In this document: piece by piece, positions 58,270-64,000 of the stretch
Layout: each line of letters starts with the position of its first letter
Numbering within the stretch: position 1 is the stretch's first letter
Source: an uncultured virus (IMG/VR IMGVR_UViG_3300046168_000009)
Taxonomy: Duplodnaviria; Heunggongvirae; Uroviricota; Caudoviricetes; Crassvirales
IMG/VR virus record: IMGVR_UViG_3300046168_000009
DNA length: 64,000 nt
Direction: 5' to 3' (one strand)
Position numbers and translations under genes: made by a program
The notes under the pieces: model-generated
What the model was told of the DNA's origin: nothing
The model's input: the letters and a program-made list of their open reading frames with translations, nothing else
Databases searched by the model: none

Positions 58270-58818
58270 TTATAGTGTTGTTAATGCTCCTTCTATTTCT
58301 TGAGATAGAGCATATTTAGCTTTTATAGCTGATACTTTACCACCTGCTGTTACATATTGAACCGCTTTCTCGTAAGCTGGATCTTTTTTAGAGGTTAAAG
58401 TTGGTTTTTTTGGCGTAAATTTCTTTTTGCCATGATCATTTGTAGCGTCACTATCTGCAGTATCATCAATTAAGAATAAATTACCTAATGCGTATTTTTT
58501 AGCATACGAAGATGCTGAACCAAATTGCTGAGGTGTTTGCATGCCTTTTTGATTTAAGTCTACACCAACTATAGCTGTAGCTTGTATAGCATTTTCGCCA
58601 TCGGATACAGTTGCAGTTGTTTGCATTATAGGCATATTGTGGTTATCGATTAGTTCTTCATTAATCGTTACCGATACTCCTAATTCTAATAAAAAGGGTT
58701 TTGTTGCTTCTAGGATATCTTCGGCTGATCTGAAGTTGTACTTACCGAAGGAGTTAAATCTACTTTTTTTCGATTTAAACTTTGTTTGGATTGTCGCTAA
58801 TTTTTCGTTTATAGTCAT
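58270..58818 (-). CDS. ERF-family ssDNA annealing protein
   Basis: FNSFGKYNFRSAEDI, Q.FGSASSYAKKYAL..LF.IDD..D.D. Confidence 0.9.
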   Translation of the reverse strand: MTINEKLATIQTKFKSKKSRFNSFGKYNFRSAEDILEATKPFLLELGVSVTINEELIDNHNMPIMQTTATVSDGENAIQATAIVGVDLNQKGMQTPQQFGSASSYAKKYALGNLFLIDDTADSDATNDHGKKKFTPKKPTLTSKKDPAYEKAVQYVTAGGKVSAIKAKYALSQEIEGALTTL

Positions 58819-58845
58819 TCGTTCGTTTTTAAATTTGCTTATTAT

Positions 58846-58874
58846 TATAATTACATGTTTTATTTTAGATTTAC
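58846..58874 (-). promoter_or_regulatory. class II promoter-like motif upstream of recombination/replication genes
   Basis: Minus strand GTAAA-tctaaaataaaacat-GTAATTATA. Confidence 0.65.
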
Positions 58875-58883
58875 ATACATAAC

Positions 58884-59639
58884 CTACAGATAATCAAGCA
58901 CTTGCGAGTGATCAACATTATCTATTAATTTTTGTACTGCTTGTCTTTTTAACTGTGATATTCTAACATATGCGCTACTACCTTTTATATCTAATATCTT
59001 AGCTATACTTTTAGCATCATGCTTATCACAATCTAAGCCGTAGCTTAATCTTAATACTTCATATTCTTTTGTATCTAAATATTTAGCCATTAAACTTTTT
59101 AAATATAAATTTAATAACTGCATGTTATACGGCTCTGATTTATCTGGTATTTGATAAGCCATATTGTCGTCGTCTGTTGGTTTATCATCTATACTTAAAA
59201 ATATAGAATTAAAAAACATTGCAACCATTTTTTTGTCTTTGCCAAAGTTCTTACGTATCTCATTTAGCTTATGCTCAGGTATACGTATATCACCTCTGTT
59301 AATATCAATAGCTCTACGTATCGCACCTCTTATTCTTTTAGATAAAAAAGACTTAAGAGTTTTTTCTTGATCTTCTGATTCTTTTAATGTTTGATAATCT
59401 AACCTGTCTACTGCTTGTGTTAAACCTGCACAACCATCTTGTATTAAGTCCATTATAGTCATAACACGCAGAGAGCTTGTTGAGTGTTGAAAATTTTCTA
59501 GATTTTCTACTAAGGCATAATATTAAAGATTAATTCATCTTTTTGTAGATAGTAAATCACCAATCTACAACTTCTGGAGATTGCTATATAGAACTTAATC
59601 TTCTTTTATCTAATATAGTTTTTATATTATATTCTTCAT
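58884..59639 (-). CDS. phage sigma-70 family factor (5' part broken by frameshifts; intact ORF 58884..59462)
   Basis: DLIQDG..GLTQAVD, RIRGAIRRAI..IRIP (region 2), VLRLSYGL..IAKIL..RISQLK..A.QKL (region 4). Confidence 0.85.
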
Positions 59640-60235
59640 TTAGTATATTTTTTTCTTTTTTAATTGTTTATTTAATTTCTATAATTGTTCTTTTAGAACA
59701 TTAAGTAATCCAGCTACTTCCCCATGTTATTTTCTTACTGTCCGTTTAAGATCTAACATGATTGATAAATAAGCTCTTCATCAACTCGTGATGATCTACT
59801 ATTAATTTACCTACAATACTTAGTTTTTCCTTATAGTTAACCGTATAGGTTAAATACTACTTTACGTATTTTGTTACAGGTGGTTCACCACCTTTTAAAC
59901 ACATCTTCTATCATATCATTTAATATTTTCTTTTTAATAAAAAATGTAACAAAACCATTTTCTTTATCAGCTATAAATCTAAACATGTGTTCCATTAATA
60001 ATGGATTACCATGTGGTATATCTTCATTGAGATAATATAAAACAAGCATGTGCCACTTTAATGATTTATACGTAGTTATCTTAGCCTTACTATTAAATAA
60101 GTGATAACATTGATATGTACCATTAGCGTAGTATTTATATTGTTTGGTTTCAATAGTAGGTATATCAGTATCAGGATCTTTCCTATATACGATGCGTCTA
60201 TCATTTAACCATTTTATATTTCTTTCGTATGACAT
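59640..60235 (-). CDS. putative DNA-binding/replication protein with C-terminal HTH (3' half frameshifted)
   Basis: ORF 59885..60235 continues in broken frames ending ...EVAGLLKCSKRTI..; coordinates of the broken part approximate. Confidence 0.5.
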
Positions 60236-60274
60236 TTGCCTATTACTATTTATCTCTTAATCTCTATTGTCACA
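60230..60274. promoter_or_regulatory. operator-like element (copy 2) over the start codon of the 60235 gene
   Basis: TGACAT-tt-GCCT-N22-CTATTGTCACA, same as 1928-1972. Confidence 0.55.
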
Positions 60275-60588
60275 TTTTCCCATTTACCACCTTTTAATTT
60301 TTTAGAAACTAAAAAATCTATACGTGAGGTCCATCTTTTATTCATTCTGTCTTGCACGGTCCATACTCCATCGAGATCACCCGCGCCTGTTACTATTACT
60401 TTTACGCCAAAAGTATAACCTTCAGCTTCTAAATCCCTGCTTACAGCTATCCACCTATGTGATTGTGGATCTTCCATATTAATGTGTTTACCACTAGCTG
60501 TAATATGTGGAGTACTATCAGTTTGTTCTGGTACCGCATGGTATATTGTCGCAGTAACCAAAATTATCTTTAATGTATTTATTATCAT
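60250..60588 (-). CDS. 3D-domain / cell-wall lytic-like protein
   Basis: TATIY..V.EQTD.TP.ITASG, IAVSRDL, VQDRM, RIDF. Confidence 0.75.
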   Translation of the reverse strand: MIINTLKIILVTATIYHAVPEQTDSTPHITASGKHINMEDPQSHRWIAVSRDLEAEGYTFGVKVIVTGAGDLDGVWTVQDRMNKRWTSRIDFLVSKKLKGGKWENVTIEIKR

Positions 60589-61039
60589 ATAGTTTTTCTT
60601 TGTTATGCGCTATATGTTTCTTGTCATATACGTAGTATAACCAGTACGCGTGTATAGCACAAGCACGCTTGTATTCATCGGGCATAGCCTGTGGTGGTTG
60701 TGTAAACTTTCCATTAGGCATACCTGGAGGATAACAGGCTAATGGCTCCCAGCATTTAGTAATTGTTAAATGTGTTTTACCATATCTAGCTGTATATTCC
60801 TCACCTAAGGCTATCATATGATTATATAGCCATCTGTAATTATTTTTATTTTGTCTACACCATATTGTTGATGGGTGATTATAATGAGCTTTTTTATAAG
60901 GTACATTATCACCGTTGTCATAATGATGGTGTGCAGTACAAAGCATTTGAGCTGATTCTAATATCATCTTAACCACATGCTTATTATATTGTGTCTCTGC
61001 AGCTTTATAAGGGTCTTTATCTAAATAAAATATGTTCAT
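60518..61039 (-). CDS. pyrimidine-dimer DNA glycosylase-like (DenV family) protein
   Basis: MNIFYLD, KHVVKMILESAQML, HPSTIW, EY..RYGK.H, QAMPDEYK. Confidence 0.75.
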   Translation of the reverse strand: MNIFYLDKDPYKAAETQYNKHVVKMILESAQMLCTAHHHYDNGDNVPYKKAHYNHPSTIWCRQNKNNYRWLYNHMIALGEEYTARYGKTHLTITKCWEPLACYPPGMPNGKFTQPPQAMPDEYKRACAIHAYWLYYVYDKKHIAHNKEKLYDNKYIKDNFGYCDNIPCGTRTN

Positions 61040-61146
61040 CTATATCTTTTGTTTTGTAACCTATTATAGTGTGCGTCTAATAATATATGAGCAACTTCTT
61101 CGCTGATCATATTATCATTATATAATTTCCATATTACTTTACTCAT
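61036..61146 (-). CDS. small hypothetical protein
   Basis: MSKVIWKLYNDNMISEE...; overlaps ligase stop. Confidence 0.5.
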   Translation of the reverse strand: MSKVIWKLYNDNMISEEVAHILLDAHYNRLQNKRYR

Positions 61147-61981
61147 AATTACGTAAACATTTAAACATTGGGTGCCTGTAGCTACCTGCTTTAGTACGTT
61201 CAAAGTACGTAAAAGTAGCAATTTCGCCTATGTAGTCGTGAATATTATCTTGAATTTTAGCTAGATCTTTATAAGTAAAGCCTTTACCTGGAGGACAACC
61301 GAATTCTACACCTTTTGCATCTTGCATTAAGAACTTGCCTAGTGTACCTTTACGTTTGCCTTTACCTGCTTCATAACCTACAATGGTAGCTTCTGCATCA
61401 TGAAAATCTTTGAATTTCTGTAGACCATAAGAACGTTTGCACTGATATTCAGTGTTTAAACGTAATATAGAACCTTCATAGTCTTGTTCTAAAAAATTTT
61501 TATGCTTTAAATTAGCGTGACCGTTAGATGTTACTTGCCATGTAGGAACATATTTTACACAATAAGAATACATATCACTAACACTTAAGTTGCGCATTCT
61601 TTGTGAATAAAGCTCATTACCATTAGCATAATCGTAACAGTGGAATTGTACTAATTTTTTAGATTTAGAACGCATATAAGCTGTTGGCTTTTGAGTTCTA
61701 ACTAATGATATAATTTGTTCGAAGTCGTTACGTAGTTCGTGATTGTATAGTTCACCGTCTAGTATAGCGTCTGGGTGTTCTGCAAACCAAGGTTTAAGAC
61801 TTTTTAAAATATGTCTTATATTAAGCCAAGGTTTTCCTGTGCGTGAATAAGCTATTACTTTTCCTGTTTCGTCGAGCTGTATTATACAGCGAACGCCGTC
61901 AAGCTTTGGTTGCATAAACACTTTCTCGGACCAGTCGACAGGTTTTTTGCCTACTTTGTATGCGAGCATTGGTTTTATCAT
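61139..61981 (-). CDS. lig: ATP-dependent DNA ligase
   Basis: QPKLDGVRC, LDGELY, YEGSILR, KFK, R.P.F. Confidence 0.93.
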   Translation of the reverse strand: MIKPMLAYKVGKKPVDWSEKVFMQPKLDGVRCIIQLDETGKVIAYSRTGKPWLNIRHILKSLKPWFAEHPDAILDGELYNHELRNDFEQIISLVRTQKPTAYMRSKSKKLVQFHCYDYANGNELYSQRMRNLSVSDMYSYCVKYVPTWQVTSNGHANLKHKNFLEQDYEGSILRLNTEYQCKRSYGLQKFKDFHDAEATIVGYEAGKGKRKGTLGKFLMQDAKGVEFGCPPGKGFTYKDLAKIQDNIHDYIGEIATFTYFERTKAGSYRHPMFKCLRNYE

Positions 61982-62214
61982 AATTTATTTAATTTATTTT
62001 CTATTCTTTTTATTTTATTTTGAATAACTGCACATTTTTGGTACTCTTCTTGCTCTAAATACGAAGACAATAGCGTCATAAGCTTTGCTAATTCAGCTAA
62101 TAATTTTTGTTCTTCGTCTTCATCGGGTGGTACAAATGACAAATCCGCGTGAGCTTGTTCGTATAGAATTTGCGCCACGCGTTGTGCAATTTTTTCAATG
62201 TCTTTGTCTGTCAT
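61978..62214 (-). CDS. small protein with UVR (UvrB/C) coiled coil
   Basis: EQEEYQKCAVIQNKIKRIE; likely start MTDKDIEK right after a class I motif. Confidence 0.6.
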   Translation of the reverse strand: MTDKDIEKIAQRVAQILYEQAHADLSFVPPDEDEEQKLLAELAKLMTLLSSYLEQEEYQKCAVIQNKIKRIENKLNKL

Positions 62215-62219
62215 ATGTT

Positions 62220-62251
62220 TATTATCATTTTTGATTCGTATTTTGTTTGTA
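62220..62251 (-). promoter_or_regulatory. class I (early) phage promoter-like motif
   Basis: Plus strand TATTATC-atttttgat-TCGTATT-tt-GT-t-TGTA. Confidence 0.7.
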
Positions 62252-62701
62252 AAGTTTCCAATCGGTATAGTCAAACCTTTCAGGCATAAACCAACCACTT
62301 TTTAATATATCACTTACTTTACTTACAAATACACAAGAATTATTGTATTGATTCCAGCATGTTATCCACACGTCTGGTTTACCTGTCCATATTGTGTAAG
62401 TGTAGTTATGATCTATATTCTCGTGAGAAGGGTATAAATACTGCGAATTATAATGAAAGTCTTTAACTAAGTGAGACGCAATTCTTGATGCATCATTAAA
62501 CCTAGTAAAACCTTCATCTTCTTGCATATGTTTAACCCAGTTAGCTAGTTCTATAGCTCTGTATTCAGGATAACCATCGTGATGTAAATACATATTTACA
62601 TGGCTTTTGTCACTGATAACGCTTGGATTACAAGCAAAACCTAGGTCATTATCTTCCGCAGCCGACCTTGGGACTACCATAGTTACATTTCTTGTACTCA
62701 T
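62225..62701 (-). CDS. conserved phage hypothetical protein (MSTR...YxHxDGYP)
   Basis: MYLHHDGYPE motif. Confidence 0.75.
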   Translation of the reverse strand: MSTRNVTMVVPRSAAEDNDLGFACNPSVISDKSHVNMYLHHDGYPEYRAIELANWVKHMQEDEGFTRFNDASRIASHLVKDFHYNSQYLYPSHENIDHNYTYTIWTGKPDVWITCWNQYNNSCVFVSKVSDILKSGWFMPERFDYTDWKLYKQNTNQK

Positions 62702-62715
62702 ATTATTTTAATTAG

Positions 62716-62788
62716 GTGCGCAGGGTGGATTCGAACCACCGACCTCTAGCTTATGAGGCTAGCGAGCTACCAACTGCTCTACCGCGCA
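62716..62788 (-). tRNA. tRNA with CAU anticodon (Met or Ile2)
   Basis: TGCGCGG-TA-GAGC-AGTTGGTA-GCTC-G-CTAGC-CTCATAA-GCTAG-AGGTC-GGTGG-TTCGAAT-CCACC-CTGCGCA-C; full cloverleaf, no encoded CCA. Confidence 0.93.
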
Positions 62789-62793
62789 ATTTT

Positions 62794-63063
62794 TTAGTCT
62801 AGTAAGACCATGTAGGCATTCACATTGTTTTTTCTAAACCATGTTAACGCTTTTTGAAAGTCATTTATTAGGCTTTTGTCTTCTAGCCCCATTTCAAAAA
62901 CAGCTTGTGTACCCATTATGAAATCATAAATGGATAACTCTAGTCCGTTTAGATAAAAATCTTCTTTTGAAAAAGGATTTGTTACTGTTTCTCCTTTTGT
63001 GTATATTTCTCCATTGAACCATTTTGGTATTTCTTGTTTAATTTTCTGTTGTTTCGTATTCAT
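62794..63063 (-). CDS. early hypothetical protein
   Basis: 89 aa, V.NPFS ... AYMVLLD. Confidence 0.75.
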   Translation of the reverse strand: MNTKQQKIKQEIPKWFNGEIYTKGETVTNPFSKEDFYLNGLELSIYDFIMGTQAVFEMGLEDKSLINDFQKALTWFRKNNVNAYMVLLD

Positions 63064-63484
63064 AACCTTCTTCTATTAATTCGTTTTCTACTTCTTGTTT
63101 AATATCATTTACATAAGAGTCATATACTTCTGTAACCGCATCTTGTACATAATACTCTTCAAGGTCTTCTACGTATATAAGTTCATTATAATCTGTCATA
63201 GCTTCTACTAGTTTTTCTGATAAATCACTATCATAGTAGTGTACATCTTCACTTATACATACATTTCTACCATCACCACTTGTTGTAACCCATACTTCAT
63301 AGCCATCTGCTGTGCTTTCACAGTATATACTATAGTCGGGTGTATTGTTCCAGTTGTCTGTTAGCTGAAAATCGTAGTGTTTTTGTATTACTTTTAAAGC
63401 TTCATCGTGTTCAATATCAAATTTTACACCATGCGCTTCTAGTCTCTTGTCGATTAATTCTTCTGTTAATAGTTTCTTTTTCAT
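63038..63484 (-). CDS. acidic early hypothetical protein
   Basis: Very D/E/Y-rich; likely start MKKKLL at 63484. Confidence 0.7.
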   Translation of the reverse strand: MKKKLLTEELIDKRLEAHGVKFDIEHDEALKVIQKHYDFQLTDNWNNTPDYSIYCESTADGYEVWVTTSGDGRNVCISEDVHYYDSDLSEKLVEAMTDYNELIYVEDLEEYYVQDAVTEVYDSYVNDIKQEVENELIEEGYEYETTEN

Positions 63485-63717
63485 TTTTTTATAATATTTT
63501 CGCCATACATAAAAGCATAACTGTTTAAATTCCAAGATTCAAGATCACTATAAGTAATTAGCTCTCTCACATCGTCAATTGTTAGTTCATACCACATTAA
63601 TTTTGACATCAATGTGTATTTTAGTCTTTTTGCAGTGGTGTACTTTCTAGCACTAGCTTGCAAAGCTGATTTAACGTCGGGCAATAGATTGTCGTAGACG
63701 GTGTTTATTTTACTCAT
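63481..63717 (-). CDS. early hypothetical protein
   Basis: 78 aa ORF. Confidence 0.7.
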   Translation of the reverse strand: MSKINTVYDNLLPDVKSALQASARKYTTAKRLKYTLMSKLMWYELTIDDVRELITYSDLESWNLNSYAFMYGENIIKK

Positions 63718-63734
63718 TGTTTATAATTTATAGT

Positions 63735-64000
63735 TTAATAATTCCATACTGATACTCCATTATACATAGTCAAATTTCTCATATTGTAGTTTCTTTTGCA
63801 AAAATCTACTATATACATAAGTCTCGCAAGCGGATCATGTATTAATTCTCTAGCATAACATATAGCTTTTGAAGTTTTTAATTTACCGTCTTGTATAACA
63901 GTCCATCTTTCTTCGCGTTTGTACACTTTGTTTAGCTGATATATTCTATCGCTAGAGTTACATCTTCTAACATAACCTGAAGTATAAGAAGCTAATTGAT
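63735..64000 (-). CDS. early hypothetical protein (partial, runs off window end)
   Basis: Frame of ORF 63735..63926 stays open to the window edge (QLASYTSGYVRRC...). Confidence 0.6.
   Translation of the reverse strand, partial: QLASYTSGYVRRCNSSDRIYQLNKVYKREERWTVIQDGKLKTSKAICYARELIHDPLARLMYIVDFCKRNYNMRNLTMYNGVSVWNY

Noticed and set aside
62716..62788. tRNA as a prophage attachment site
   Set aside because: No integrase, no duplicated tRNA 3' end, and phage-type genes on both sides

Overview
This window is most of an AT-rich tailed phage genome, most likely a marine Bacteroidota (Flavobacteria)-infecting podophage of the crAss/Cellulophaga-phage-like structural type. There is no host DNA, integrase or CRISPR array. 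It has two arms. The + strand (about 2.0-48.7 kb) carries tail fibres, GroEL/GroES plus a second GroES-like gene, small low-complexity proteins, a HExxH protease, a holin, terS/terL, portal, scaffold, major capsid, tail ring/muzzle proteins, ejection proteins including a 3248-aa giant, and an amidase. The - strand (48.8-64 kb and 1-1.5 kb) carries nrdAB, nucleotide pyrophosphatases, a thymidylate-synthase-fold enzyme, primase-helicase, SSB, exonuclease/ERF, a sigma-70 factor, DNA ligase, a tRNA(CAU) and many tiny early genes. Leading candidates for novelty: (1) a T4-like cytosine-modification module, where the 'thyA' has the dCMP-specific Asp and sits beside a GIY-YIG-like/MazG fusion; (2) unrelated small proteins sharing a repeated G-A-A-[K/R/D/N] tag around a zincin protease; (3) two distinct phage promoter-like motif classes, one possibly served by a sigma-region-2-like segment in the injected giant protein; (4) a 42-nt anticodon-less tRNA-like minihelix; (5) a 45-bp site shared between a putative origin and the start codon of an HTH gene. 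Several frameshifts look like assembly errors. All product calls come from motif recognition by eye; no searches were run.
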